A stretch of DNA of 64,000 bases, taken from assembly GCF_964194025.1 (NCBI RefSeq), contig NC_134470.1, forward strand, positions 16,740,001-16,804,000, given 5' to 3'. Both the position numbers and the translations under genes were made by a program. Below, in pieces: positions 35,501 through 49,396 of the stretch. The DNA comes from Convolutriloba macropyga. Lineage: Eukaryota. The notes beneath the pieces were generated by a model. That model saw only the letters and a list, made by a program, of their open reading frames with translations. It made no database searches and was not told the DNA's origin. Within the stretch, counting starts at the first letter, position 1, and every line of letters starts with the position of its first letter.

Positions 35501-38500
35501 ACCAAATTTCTATAGATAATTTGTCAGCGCTAAAGTGGGTTTAGTTGACTCTATATCTCGCCATTCCAACAAGCTAAAAAATTTTCTGCCTATGATGAAA
35601 ATTTATTGTCATAAAATTGGAAGTGGTATCTAATGGGGTAAATTCTCCTAATTTTTTTCGCCGACATATGCTCCACATTTGCATTCTCTGTATTTAGCGA
35701 AACCCATTTTCACCCAACAGGTTTGCATGCCAATCTTTCAGCCATCACGCGCGCGGCAAAGTCAACAACTAAGTAGCAATTAGATTTTAAGTATTGATAT
35801 GTATGCGTCAACCGCACGTCAATTACAAGTAATTTTATTTCTTACACCTCAAAATCATTCCAAAATTATAACACGACAACAAACGATTTATGCTTATGCA
35901 CCCGCTAAGCGAGATAATCTCATAAATTGCGAATTAAAATCTCGAAATCAGTCGCTTCTTCCTAATACTGACAGAATTGTTTGAAAAAAATGCAATTTTC
36001 ATCCCCATACCAAAAAATCTCTAATCGACCCAGTAGTGCAGCCACAATGGAATTCTTTAAGACTAAACAGTTAAAAAGAGAAGCACTGAAGGACTTCCAT
36101 AGAAAACTTCGAGAGCTCGCTGAGAATTGCGAATTCGAGAACAAAGTCAAGATATTACTTAGCGCCGTGTTCATTACGAATCTCACGCTACTCAGACATG
36201 CAAAACGTTCCTCTGAAAAAAACTCTGGAACCTCGCAACGCACTTGAATTGGCAATTATCGTAGAATTGAGTATGCGCAATCAAAACAAAAGTCAGGTGC
36301 ATAATAGTAGACGAGTGGGAGACATGCAATTTCTTCCTTAAGCGAGTTTCCCAAAAACAACTGCCTCGGGCTGCCAGAATTGTGTGTTAGCGCGTGGTAA
36401 GCAATGTAAAAAATGAATTTTAAATCAATTTGCTGAGGTATGCAGCAAACCTAGAAATTTCAATCAAACGCTCCAAAAAAAGCCCACTAAAAATCTGTAT
36501 ATGCACTTGATCAAATCAATGCAGCGAAAAACTCGGCCAATTTCGAGGACTCAGAAGCGCTAAATCTTAAAATCCCAGGCTCAGAGAGCAGAATGTCCAG
36601 CTTGTATGGTGGCAATCATTAAAAAGAAAGGCAAGAATTCGATCCACTGAGGACGCTATTGACCACTGACAAAACGGCACTCACTATATTAGTATACTCC
36701 GAAAGTGCATGCAGCATTTTGGAGCTGGCTCTTGCGACGCAAGTCATTTATTGATTGCACACAGCCTTCTGGTTAGATAAAATATTTACTCAAAAGCTAC
36801 GAACTTTTTCAAAAGAGTCAATCAGAATCATTGGACAAATCAGAGCACCAATAACGAATAATGGTTGGTCAACTCCAAAAACTGACTTCACAGCAAAATT
36901 CAATGGTTTCCGACCCCTTATTAGCAGAGTTCTCTTTTTTGAACACTAAGGTTGTGCATTACCCAATCTATGTCTGATTTAGCATGAAAATATTTAAAGA
37001 ATATTAGTAATCAGTTTCCTATAAAAGTCGGCGTTTCCACAACCGATCCTAATTTGTAACTCAAAGTGGGGTCTCATAATCCCATATACTCTATTCAGAA
37101 TTTCAGTAAATCCCCACCAAAATTTCAAAAAGGGAGAAGAATTCCAATTAAACTCATACATAAATCTATTGAAGAAAAATTTTTGTTTTTTTTATATCCC
37201 TAACATTAGTCAAATTAAATCTATTAAATTTGCATTAGAATGTAAAAATTTTAGCACAGCTAATCACAAAAATTATCTTGTTTCAAAAGGGAATATGTTC
37301 TGGTCTTGGTACATTAAATACTTAAAATTATTCCTAATCTAGCCCAACTTTGTCTACCACATCGACCTCATCTAAAACAAAATTTTAAAAATTTATCTGC
37401 ACTGAACGTCGTGATGAAAATTTTGCTTAAAGACAAAACGGCAGCGCGAAGACAGCAAAAACGAAACAAAAACCTGACCCTCGAAAAGCGCGTTAAATGC
37501 GACGTATTTGAATCTGGACTAGATTTTGCATCAGAGAAATTCAGCGTAGATGGTTGGACACCAATTGCTTTCACCTCTTGACTCCTGAAATGTTGTTAGG
37601 AACTTTATAGATAGAATTTGTTAATAACGAATTAATAAAGAGTTCAAAAATAGTAGACATCATCGAGCTCCAGATCCAATATTAAAAGAACATCGATCTA
37701 AGAAAATCAAATAAAGGTCACCTGCCACGATAAATTGAACGTCTGATTACATTTCTATAGATAATTTGTCAGTGCTAAAGTGGGTTTAGTTGACTTTATA
37801 TATCTCGCCATTCCAACAAACTAATAAAATTTCTGCCTATGATGAAAATTTATTGTCGCAAAATTGGAAGTGGTATCTAATGGGGTAAATGCTCCTAATT
37901 TATTTTCCCCGACATATGCTCCACATTTGCACTCTCTGTATTTAGCGAAACCCATTTTTGAGCCACAATGGAACAATCACCACCACTACCACATCCACCA
38001 CAAGTCAGAGCACCAATACATTCTTAACTTGGCTTCTCGTCTAATCCACGACCTTAACGTCAAGTCTTCATGATGTAGTTTGTCAGATCAACACATAAAA
38101 TCTTCAGCAAATCACTGATAGCTTCAATCAGTGACAAGGATGCGGCACTAAGTGAAGTACAAGAAGGTATTCTCACAAACAACGAGATCCGCCTCACGGA
38201 TATAGGTTCATATATCCATTTCTCCTGAACTGATCTCAACGTGAAATCGGGTTGCACTTGCGTGGACAGAGTCACTACATCTAATGTGCTGCGCGAAGCC
38301 CATATTGAAGGTTTTTACACAAGCATTCCGGGTTCACGGGGCGCGAATTTTATGCGCACACACTGATGGTAGCCCTCTATGAATTGGAAACTGATTGTCA
38401 AATCAGTCGAGAATAAACCGTGCCAAGAGCTTGGTAGATTGATAAGAATCCTAAATCTGTTAATTCAACTAAGCAACTTAAACCACAAAACCCATGTAGT

Positions 38501-40554
38501 TAATCAAATCAGGAAATTCAAATTAATTTTGGGTGACCAATTATCAATGAAAAGGAACACCAATTTTTTTCTATCTGGAGTTGATAGATGATCAAAGTAC
38601 CCTATATTCAAATTATTTGGAAAAAGCAAATGATCCCAAACTATTCGAACAATTTGCAGGATATATACAAAAGGACTCATGATGTGCTATGCTCCATTAG
38701 ACTTAATGGATCAGGGCATTAAACCGGCAATCAGGTTGAAACATTATGCAAATGCAAAAATACTCACTTTACAGAAACCTATATTTTTATTCACGGCGCT
38801 ATGGATTTATGAGAACATTTCATGCAAAAAATTAAAAGGTTCCCTGCTTGTTTAACGAAGAAAAGTTTAATATTTAGCTACACATGAAAAATGATTTGTT
38901 TTCTGTTGTGTACCAAGTACGCATCTGCAAAAAAAAACAAAAAAACATTTCGTTTTTCGAAAAACACTTCGCTATAAAACCAAATACTGCATTAGGCAAA
39001 ATTTCTACGATGCCAAGGTCATCAAAATCTAGCAAAAGAAAATAATAAATAATTTTTAAGACAATGAAGAAGGTGTATTCCCTTAGGACTCTTTCGCTCT
39101 GCGAATGCCTGTCGTCCAGTTGCGATCAAAGATAGGGCAGTCCAACTCAAATCGGTACAAAAATTTCCAGGCGACAAGAGATCAAGGAAAATTTAAAAAG
39201 GCTTCTTTGAACTATTGGCAGCAGGTTCTACAATAAAGAAACCAAGTAGCTCAACATCACAAAAAATAAACTGAGAAACCACCAGTGACGGTAAATACCT
39301 GCAAAATCTTAAAAAAAATGGCTCACGGAAGAACTGAAAACCGTCAGTCAAAACATTCGCTGAACGACGTGGCCACCTCAATGACAAAACTACTGAGGAA
39401 AAAATCTTTCCGCACCCTAATTTACCAAGAAGCGAAAAGGAGAAAAAGAGAATGCGACAAAAAAACGTGAATTAGTTAGCGGAGTGTCGCCTGGCAAAAG
39501 CAACATTTCACACGCGATGCAAAATCGCCTACCCAAAAAAGCCTAATTTTGCTTGGCGAAATGACGCTAACTTTTCAACATCACTACCAGCCCCACAAGT
39601 GATTTTGCCCCCGCAGTGAAAAGGCCTAGTTATGCTCTTCATCAGGTGAAAACTTCTAGCGAGTCACCGAATGTTGCTTCTAGATCCAGCGGCCGCACTT
39701 GTCTTAGCCCCAATTACTACGAGTATTTATCTGCATTGCAAAACCCCAATAAGGTTCCCATTCAACACACGCGATCAGACGATGTTTCAAATTTTCAACC
39801 AAAGTCTGCCCTTTTCAATTCTGTTGTTGAAACGATTCAGGATAGAGCAAATCTAACCCAGAACAAGTCAACTTTTCACCAACTATCGGTGCAGTATCTC
39901 CAGTGGACCCACGCATACGATCTCTGAGCGAGCAACGCGACTCCACTCCAGAATGCCTTCTTTTAATTTCGGCAGGCGAGGCAGAATTCCCAATTGACAA
40001 TTATTGCACTCACTGTCAAGCATAAACATTTCGAAGTTTCAACTTGTCTACAGCTATTCATAACCACGATGTATAGTGATGATATTTTTAACGGGCAAAT
40101 ATATAATATTTTTCTGTAAAGATGTTGTTATTGAAGCTTCGCGTCTCTTTCATTTCAATTCAAGAAACAGAATGGTATGTCATACATATGTCACACATGA
40201 AGTTTTTTGCTGTAAAATTTTAGTTGATTTCTTATATTAGTTCAATTTACATAACCCCTAAGTATTATTGATGGTTTTTTTTCAGAATTGTTCATTCACC
40301 TGGCTCTTTTAATTTCGCGCTGCTGGACAAATGTCTGCTCATATTTTATACTGATTTGCAAAACTGACTAACTTTCATAACCACCTTTTTGCTAATCAAT
40401 TTAACTTGACTAACTTAAGCCTTGCACTTGCGCCGCGTTTTCAAATAAGAAAAAATAAGATCCAGAGTACTGAGTCTGAAAGTTGTACCCGCACCGGGAG
40501 ATCAATTGTAGAAAGTACCTTCTTATTACACACCGATTATTCTCCCGTACGACA
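32559..40554 (+). mobile_element. Older, heavily decayed Mag-like Gypsy element related to the 23477 element, with internal duplication
   Basis: Gag RWEQLRIKFKLAILA (~32935); protease tactccggaagtgcatgcagc (YSGSACS); RT/RH remnants (DGWTPIAFTS); integrase remnants 38080-39000; 3' LTR 40178-40554 ending gtacgaca; weak 5' LTR ~32559-32882. Confidence 0.8.
36053..37960 (+). repeat. Second copy of 33342-35710 (gag to RNase H) with internal deletions
   Basis: Both begin ttctttaagactaaacagttaaaaa and end gcgaaacccatttt; near-identical ORFs 34043 versus 36755. Confidence 0.9.
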
Positions 40555-40589
40555 TGAATCGAGAAAAGGTAAATCAAAAATTGAATTGG

Positions 40590-41005
40590 CATAAACAGCT
40601 GAGCGGGTTGAAAACATTAACTTACTTCCTCCAATACATGAACGATTTGTAAAGAGTATTTCAACGGCAGCTTAAATTAACTAGGGCAATTTAAAGAGTT
40701 AACAAGCGTAATGACAGAACAATGGGGATAATTCCATCTGTCTCATCTCCCTCTAATGATTTTTTTCATCATATCGATGAAGTGGACTTCATTACCTTTC
40801 TAGAAGTGTAAGCTTAAAGGTATTTAATTTCAAAAAATTCATAGCCGCGTCAACAGCACTTCATATTCAACAAACTACGACATGGCTTGTTTTGCGCTAC
40901 AAATAACCTGCTACCAGCTTTATTTTAATAGCACTTAATTGCGTGTCTGCAAAAATTTAAATTTCTTTTAACTTAAGAGTCAGCTGTCCTAAAAATTAAC
41001 AAGTG

Positions 41006-41045
<40 letters not shown>
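40590..41045 (+). mobile_element. Possible LINE 3' remnant ending in a (CT)n tail
   Basis: (CT)n at ~41010-41045, like the tail at 20521; only weak coding similarity. Confidence 0.35.
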
Positions 41046-41048
<3 letters not shown>

Positions 41049-41089
41049 GAGGAACTTTCATTCGTTTAATTTTTAATTTTAAATATTGC

Positions 41090-42765
41090 CGATGGAGTAA
41101 AACCCGCTGAAGCAAAAACTGAGCACAACCAGCACAAATTTACGACCTGGCAAAAGTGCAAAAAGATTCTTTACGCGCTGCCTTCTCTGTGCCGGGTTTT
41201 ATGAACAACGATTTGAAAAAAGTGTTCACATACACCTTTTTGATGAAGTACCAAAAGCTGGCATCGAGATGTCAACGTTCAATGCGCGGAGAGAACTCGA
41301 ATTTATAGAATTCGGTCCTGATGAGAACATTGATTTTTTTGACGTAAAAAGCCTATTTGCAAACGTCCCAGTTTTCGAAACAATTTCATTTTTGAACAAA
41401 TTGAGTAAAACAGTCTTGAGGAGCTTGTATTCTAGTGACTACGCACCTAAGATTTCAAGATCGACCCTGAAATCACTATTGAAGATAGCCGTAACACACG
41501 TCTGTTCTAAATGCGTCGACAGTTGGTTTCTTAAGGTTTTATTTTTGCAATGGGAGCATCACTTGCAGTAATCCTATCCAAATCAAATCAAGTCAACAAA
41601 AAAGATCGTAAATTAACTCCCCCAAATTGAACTTGAGGCCTGCCATGAAGGCATCCGTACAGACACTTATAAAAAAAACGGAATCGAATTTGCAAAAACA
41701 CGAGAATTGGTTACATTCAGCACCAAAAATTTGATGATAAGATTTACGTCCGAATTTTGATGATCACTTCTACGCCAAAATCATAGACCTTATGCTGTAT
41801 TGCTCTAAATGCAAGAAAATTATAAAAGAGATGAACTGAAAACAAAAAGACAATTGTTCGAAAGATATGTAGACGAAATAATTTGCACTGTAAGCTCTGA
41901 ACTACATCGTTTGACTGAAAACGTCAACAACCTTCATCTTCAATATTTTCATCTGTCCTCAAAATTACATTGAAGACAGATAGATACGGCAATTTTCCAT
42001 TCTCAGACTTGAACATCGATGCAAGGTGAAAAAAAGGGTTTGACGAGCCCAACATAATCGAGAGTTGTCGAATCTTTCCGGAACTGTGCAACAATTGATC
42101 ATAAGAAAAACAACGTAGACATGATTGTTCACCGTTTTTTAGAAGCAACAGCACATGTCAAAGCTTTGACAACGTTATGCTGAAAAACAAAAAATTTGGC
42201 CAAAAGATCAATACGCAGCATGAAGGCTGGTCTTATAGAGTTATCAGTGATATTTTACTTAAAAAAATTGTAAACCAAAACTACAGCACCGAAAAAGTAC
42301 AGCAAAGAGAATACAAATCACTAGCGAAAGATGTTTAACTAAAATCCGTCCAGCAGTACTGGGAAATGTCACAATGCAACTGAAGCGCAAAACGAAATGA
42401 ATTGCGAAATGACTTGCGAAATGACGACAATATTAATCACGCGTATAGTTCTATTGTGCTTATCGACTCTGAAATCTTTTCTGGTCAACAAAATTGAGTG
42501 GTGTAAATGAAAATTCAGCTATGTCGGCCAATTTTGTTGACAATAGACCACGCTATTTTTATGGCATGAAGAAGTTGATTCACCAATGGGTAAACATGTT
42601 GTGGAAAGCTGTGGTGCTCTGAAAGCTTTTATTTATAAGATAATAGATCAAGGCCATTTTTCTAAGAGACTTATAACAATAGAAGCTCTAAAAAAGGAAG
42701 GCGCAAACCACAATTGAACACGAGAGACAGTTCCAACAGCCGGGATTTGAAATTAACGTATTGAT
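41090..42765 (+). mobile_element. Decayed Penelope-like element (RT plus GIY-YIG endonuclease)
   Basis: FFDVKSLFANVP (motif A), AMGASLAVIL (B', 41547), FERYVDEII (C, 41857), FPFSDL, VHRF, YVGQ (~42519), IEAL...KPQLNTRD (~42680-42730). Confidence 0.85.
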
Positions 42766-43249
42766 TTCAAAAATCATGTTCTGTATCAAGTTTTTGTTTA
42801 ACAAGGCACAAAATTAAACCGATTATGAAAACGGAAGTTTTTCATTAAATTCATATGAACAAAAATAATCATTTGAAATATTTTTTAAAGTACTGCAAAA
42901 TATTTTTAACAAAACTTTAATGCAAAACCTATTCAAATTTTAGGAAAATTTGAAACTGGTAATAGATAATCAATACGTGGTAAGGTATAGGGCATTCAGG
43001 CACCATTTTTTAAATGTTTCACAAAATTTTACCAATGCAAGTTTTTGCAAAATATTCAAATATTTCATCAATTTTATATCGATTTTTACCCCTGTTAAAA
43101 ATTTTCAAAATTTAACAAAAAGTTCACTGCAAAAAATTAAGTTCACTGTACGCGTACTGAAAATCCAGAAGTAGTATAATATGCTTAACAAGATTTATCA
43201 AATCCGTTTCAATTTTTGAAAGTTGATATGAGATATTTGTCATATTTTT

Positions 43250-44100
43250 TATGAAGATTTAATTGTTTTTTTTAGAATCTAATGCTACCTTTACTGTTTT
43301 CTTACCTCTAACGTCAATTACAATTGGGTATACGAAACTTTCGTCGAAGAAACTTTCTAGTGTTTCGAAATGTTCATTAATTTAGAGGTCTTTTCATTTT
43401 ATTATGAGTTGAAATTTAACTGGGACTCCTCCACCCTCTGGTGATCTGGTGTGAAATGTTTGTAGAATTTCATGCGGACGATACATTTTTGACATACACG
43501 AGATACGAGTTTAGGGAAGCATTTGTGAGTTTGTTTTTCCAGAAGCATTCTACTAATTTTCTAAAGAACGAATTGATGAATGAGTGTTGAATTGTAGCCG
43601 CCAAATTTGTTTTTCCCTAGGAGAGGTCTGTTGCAGCTTTAAATTGCAATTATGGGCACCAGATTGACTACTTGATTATTGAAGCTAACAGACCATTGTA
43701 TTTTGCCGATCAATTGTACTGTATCATAAGAATATCTTCCAATATTCTTTGATTTCGCATCGTGAATCTAGAAAAAAGTTCCACCGTTGCAACATTGCGC
43801 TGGACATTTAAGGCCTCGTTTATAGCAATTCCAACGCTATCCGAATCCACCATGACAACAATTTCTATAATACCCATTATTTACTTTCTTATTAAGGGTT
43901 CTATAGTTCGAAAGTCATTAGCAGTGGTAACAACACAGTTATCATGATGAATAATAGCAATCGTATTGTAGGTTAAAATTAACATGAAATTCAATAACTT
44001 GATCACCATTCGAGGGTTGTTGATCATCAACTCAATTCTGTAAATCAGTTTGTTCGTACCTTCTGTGCCTGATTTTTCAGTTCTGTGCTGATTTTGCGAA
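43250..44100 (-). mobile_element. Very decayed Gypsy gag/protease fragment
   Basis: Minus strand IEIVVMVDSD (DSG-like), then GRYSYDTVQLIGKI and RPLLG, as in a retropepsin. Confidence 0.4.
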
Positions 44101-45028
44101 GTAATCTTTATTTCCCCTGTTTAGACAGGCTTTTTTGTGGGCAGGATAAAATTTCTCATCCTTAGAGACTAGTTAATCACATCAACTACATACTTAGAGA
44201 TTAGAAGTTAATTCCCCTCATCGCGCTAGCTGTTTATTTCGCTTTCCAAGCGAAAAGTCAAAAGGACTGGACATTGAGCAACATCACGACGCGCAAACGC
44301 ACTGGAAAACACTCGGGTATAATTTAAAAAGATGTAAACACTACAAAAACTGCAAAATTTATTTTATTGTATTAAAATGTGTGCTATCGAGCCTGCAACT
44401 GTTTTCACTCAGCAACAATAAACAACAGATAACACTAATTGAACATTTGAGCACAAAAAATCTCAAGACATAAAAAAGAAAAACTTATATTCAGCCTATT
44501 TTCGTCAGCTAGAACAAGTATAAATTGACATCAACAAAAATAAAAGGCCGCTAAACCACCAAAAAAAAACTAGTTTCAACCAAAAGAGTCACCTCAGACA
44601 GTAAAAAACAAAAAAAGACTTCAAAAAACGCTAAATAGCATCTAAAACATCAAAATAACACAAAATTAGCTTTGAAATAGCGGTTTTGATATGAAACACA
44701 AAAATAGCAGTTTTGAAATGTAACTTTTATGTGACTTATATGGTCAAAAATGCTCCCAATCGTAGTTACTTGTAAATATGGTTTTCAAAGAGCAGTTTAC
44801 CCAAAACAAACCTAAGAGTGAGGACTAAGAAACTGCTTCGAAAAAGCAGCAAACTAAAAATTTAGTATGCGTAGCGAAAATGTCAAACCTATTTTTCTCG
44901 AGCTCTCAAAAATTACTAAAGAATATCGCTCTTTTCGTAAATCTTGACAGAAGGCAGCGCGTACTTCTGATTGCACAACTACATGTCGGTTGTTTAATTA
45001 GACATTAAATTTGGTTATGTGAAATAGA

Positions 45029-47125
45029 AAACATAGCCGGCAGATTGCCGGAATAGCAGCGAAAGAATAGACTTGAGTGCCGTATGATACAGAAACAGAT
45101 ACAGATATAAGTTGTAAAAATTATCGACGCCGCTCAAAAAGCTATGTAAAAAATTAAGTGATAAAATAATGAAGCTTGTTAATATCCATTGCGCAGAAAT
45201 CTTTTCAGTAGGGACCCTTATTACACATGAGTTCCTTTGACCGTATACTAATTCAAAATAAACTCAAATTTTAAAGTGCAAAAGTCATTTTATTGAGTGA
45301 GGTAGGTCAATTACGATCAAAATCTAATCACGCAAAAACTTTTTCTAGATAGAGTGAGAAATGACGTTACACGCGCAAAAGCAGTTAGTGAGAGGAAGAA
45401 GTCATTCAGAAAATTTGACTTTTCAGCTTTGAGGTGTGAACAAATGTAAAACGAAAAAAGAGCGTCAGACGACGAAACAAAAAAATATCCGGAAGAATTC
45501 CGGAAGCGACTCTAAGCGTCAAACTTCAAAAAATACCTCAATTTCAGCTGAAACCATCTGTGAAACATTTGTGTAAAACCATCAACTCATTGCTTCCCCA
45601 CGTCTGACCTAAAATTTGGTGGAAATTAAACAACTGTCACCAAGAGAAAAAACTGCAGCAAAACTGTATATTATTAAAACCGTTTGGTAACGTTATAAAA
45701 ATCCGAACTAATTAGGAGGGTTAAAATACTGATAGGTTGAAAAACTGACAGGAACATCAATTGCCCTCAATTAAGTCACGATTCCAATCTCAAAAGGCTC
45801 GTGATTCAAATATTAAAATTTTAAATTTGGAAATTTAAATTTTTCAAAAAAAGAATGCTCAAAATTAAGGATCAGAAAACCACTACAATTAGATATCGAA
45901 TCACTGCAATTAAGACAAAAACAACAAATACTTCTTCCTTTTTGTATTTTTTCTAGAAAACATGATTTCATACCAAATCAAAAATTTAATCATAGAAAAG
46001 ACATACGCAACCGAATAATATTCAGAGGCAAAATGTTTTAAAATCAATACCAAGGCCGGGCGAAAATGACAATAACCAGTTCAAAACATGATAAAGCTTT
46101 CTGGCAAACTCGCAGTATTGTCTTATGTCGAAAGAAATCAATTGCACGCCAAAGAAATGACGAAAATCGACACAAATCATTCAATTTTTTCAAAACTGAA
46201 AAAAACAACATAATGAAAGAAAAGTAGGTGCCAGGAAAAACTAGAATGATAAGAACTAGAATATGAAGAAAATGGACACAATGTAAGGACACTGTAACAA
46301 AAAAGACTATTAATTCTTGATTTTTGAAAATTAAAAATGAAATTTAAAATCAAAGAAAAACGAATACATTTCATTGTTCAGTATTCGAGACATAGAAAGG
46401 ACAACGATGCATCCGAGCCAGAGATCCATCCTTCTGAACAGAACAAAAAAAAAAGAAAATAAGCAGAATTCAAACAAAAGAAACATTTTGCAATAAAATG
46501 GTCAAATATTTTTCAGACTGCATTTTTGAAAAAAAAAATTCAGTGTTTCTCAAAAACTCAACGCCGAAAACGATTGAACTTTTATTGGAACGAAATTAGT
46601 CCCTCATGTTGCAAAAAAGACTTTAGTTTCTAGTAAATAAAAGCAAAATACAAACAAAAAACTGGAAAAATTGGAAAAAAACTACTAAAATCGGATTAGC
46701 ATATGTACAATTTTATAAAACCAAATTACACCAAGGTAGAAAGAGGCATTGAGTATATGAATTATATGAATTATGTTAAAGTTGCCACATTAACTAATGT
46801 TTGACCAAAAAAGTCTGAAATATCCAAAAAAAATAAAGAAATTAATTGCAAAAAGCCAAAAATTAACTACAAAAATCAATAACTATGTGCCAATTTTGAA
46901 CTTGAAACACATCCAATTAAAATTATTTCTACAAAAAATTAAGTTACAAGCAAAGAACCTGGGCCACTTAGACGAAAAAACGGCTAAAAATGATTATCTT
47001 TATGCGTCTGAACGAATAGTACTTCCGGTAAAAAAAAACCTTAAGAAAACCAATACTCCTCTTCGAGTTTAAAAAACGAAGAGCACCGCAATATAGCTCC
47101 GCTCAGCTTACAGCTTCGCAGCTAC
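45029..47125. mobile_element. Helentron-like non-autonomous element (family B), long copy
   Basis: Hairpin ccggc-agatt-gccgg, subterminal IR tagcagcgaa ... ttcgcagcta; same ends as 62907-63792. Confidence 0.6.
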
Positions 47126-48243
47126 AATAAAAAATTGTGAAAAATTATGAGTATGTCTCACTGCAACAATGTATGTTTCACTGAAAAACAACCAGTATGT
47201 CTCACTGAAACAATGTTGGCATAAATTTATTTTTACGCCTTCGTATTTTTTAGAGCTGTGAATGCGACGTCTTGTACATTAAACTGCACTTTCAGAGCGG
47301 CCTTTTCTTGTGAAGTGTTGCCAACTTGATTTCGCGTAAAATTCGGAAAGGGGGGTCATTCAGAACACCAGGAAATTTGAACTTCCCAATTTTTGAGAAC
47401 AAGCAATAACAGCGCTTTCAACCAGAACAGAGAATCAATCTTTCTTTAGCTAGAAAAGTTTCTCTTTTCTGCCCTTCAGTAGTTTGCGAATGAGGGAGTG
47501 AAATCATGTTTTCCTCGTATCACCGGGCTACGCTTTTAATTAAATATGCTAATCCTGTGTATTTATCTAAATCGCAAATGATATTTGCGTGCTAAATGCA
47601 TTAGCATCCTCGAATGGATTTTTCACCCTAGGTTAAAACAAATTTGAACAATTTTATTGATGAATATATTTAAAAGGATTAAGGAAATAAAGAGCGAATA
47701 AACTATGAGCTTAGTTAATCAAAATCAGTAGTATCTCAATCTGCCCGCTTGTTTAACTAAATTTACCAATAATTATTCTGACTTTGACGTTACCAAATTG
47801 AGATCACACCGATTTGATTTGCGAGAAAGTAAATTACAGTTTATATTCCAACTCAAATGAACAGAATCTAAGGTTTTAAAATGATTCTGAATAAGCAATA
47901 TAAATAATTCTGCCAATACAAGAGGTTACAATGAAAACTGATAGCAACGAATTTACATATTTTAACATCAGTTTCAAAACTAATTTGATTTTTCAAGTTT
48001 GTTTTTAAGGGTTCAAGTTTGCAAGGGTGTAATCCATAAACTTTGCTAGCCGTCGACAATCAAATGGTCAAAACGTGCCCCCTCCTCAATCAGTAACCAT
48101 TAAATCCATAATGACTTTTCAGAAGGAACCTTGTCACTTAATGCGTGGACTGAACCAAAATGTTCTGATCTTGAGCGGTAACCAGAATTGTGTGGTTATC
48201 ACAAGTACATGAATGAGAGAATGAGTTGTCCATTCCGTCAAGT

Positions 48244-48417
48244 TCAGATATATATGCGATGGAAATCGTTGGCTCCGAATGCGTGACTGCACTTGGGACA
48301 TTTCCTCTGCCGAGTGTCGTACCTCCTCTTAATGCAGGCATTGCAGAACACGTGGTAGCATTTAGTCAGCACTGTGTCTATTTGTTTCACGTTGCAACAC
48401 GGACACGTCAATTGCGA
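48244..48417 (-). CDS. BRE1: E3 ubiquitin ligase BRE1 (RNF20/RNF40), terminal RING exon
   Basis: ttttag|[57 protein letters not shown], the diagnostic BRE1 C-terminus. Confidence 0.96.
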   Translation of the reverse strand, partial: SQLTCPCCNVKQIDTVLTKCYHVFCNACIKRRYDTRQRKCPKCSHAFGANDFHRIYI

Positions 48418-48808
48418 CTAAAACCAAAAATGAGTAGTAGTCTTACGTTTTATTTTCCTGTTGTCACCGCAATGTTGGGTAAACAACGTTTACACTCAAC
48501 AATTGACACATACATAGCCGACAGGAAGAGCAAGGAGTTGAGCGGGGTGGGGGTCTCAGGGGTCAAGAGTGGAGGGCTACGGATGGAATGAGACGGTGGG
48601 GGGGGGGGGGGGGGTGGTCTGGATAGCTGGATGAGGGTGTCCAAATCGCGAGACGGGGTCGGGGGTGACAGAGAGGGTCAACAACATTCAGATGTCTTAA
48701 AAACTACATTAGAAGAGTCTTCGGCGGATCAGTGTTTCAAAAGTAAATGAGTCAATGCTCATTATCAACTTGAAAGAAACACGCTTGAAGTGTTTGGGTA
48801 TTTGGTAC

Positions 48809-48910
48809 CTTGTACATTCGGATCTCCTCTCTGAGAACTTCATCGGCCTGTGCTATGACATTGTTCCTCTTCTGACGCTCCAGTTTCCGCCTCAGTCTAT
48901 CAATCTCATC
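48809..48910 (-). CDS. BRE1: BRE1 coding exon
   Basis: tttgag|DEIDRLRRKLERQKRNNVIAQADEVLREEIRMYK|gtacca; 102 nt, phase 0/0. Confidence 0.9.
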
Positions 48911-49071
48911 CTCAAATCACAATGCATCATAAAAACTTCAATACTTTGTTCACTGCAAAATGTAAACGATTATTGGTGAAAAGTACGCAATAAAAGGTCA
49001 CAAAAAAGTTTAATTATTAGGAACTATAGCCCTGAGGAGGCTCTAACACAAAACTTTTTCAAAAAGCTAAC

Positions 49072-49212
49072 CTCTTTGCGCTTGATGGCAAGCTCCACCT
49101 CCTGCTGCTCCTCGACTTTCTCTGCAAGTGCCTTCTTTGCATCTTCATAACAGGAACTGATCTTCTCAATCTGCAGATTCTGCTCAAACACTGTTTGGGC
49201 GCCTTCAGTCGC
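49072..49212 (-). CDS. BRE1: BRE1 coding exon
   Basis: gttcag|ATEGAQTVFEQNLQIEKISSCYEDAKKALAEKVEEQQEVELAIKRKE|gttagc; 141 nt. Confidence 0.88.
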
Positions 49213-49396
49213 CTGAACAAAAAAGGTACAGAACGAGAAATAATTGAACTTCCAGTTGACATATGGTATGCGTTCCTCAATGAATCCTTTACGCGATCAA
49301 GAAGATTTGCACATCTATGCTTTCTCACAGCCAGTTCAAACTTTCCACTTGAATTAATAATCAAAGGGCAGACATAAAAACATTCAACCAAATCAA

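Noticed and set aside
47151-47215. CRISPR-like short repeats (tatgtctcactg x3)
   Set aside because: Irregular short spacers, eukaryotic context, no cas genes; simple tandem duplication.
48138-48591. ORFs 48138-48341 (-) and 48226-48591 (+)
   Set aside because: Alternative-frame and antisense shadows of the BRE1 RING exon.
48535-48680. G-rich tracts (also 6490-6640 and 58380-58520) as functional G-quadruplexes or telomeric repeats
   Set aside because: No TTAGGG array; low complexity and no evidence of function.
49059-49391. 110-aa minus-strand ORF
   Set aside because: Wrong frame over the BRE1 exon 49072-49212.
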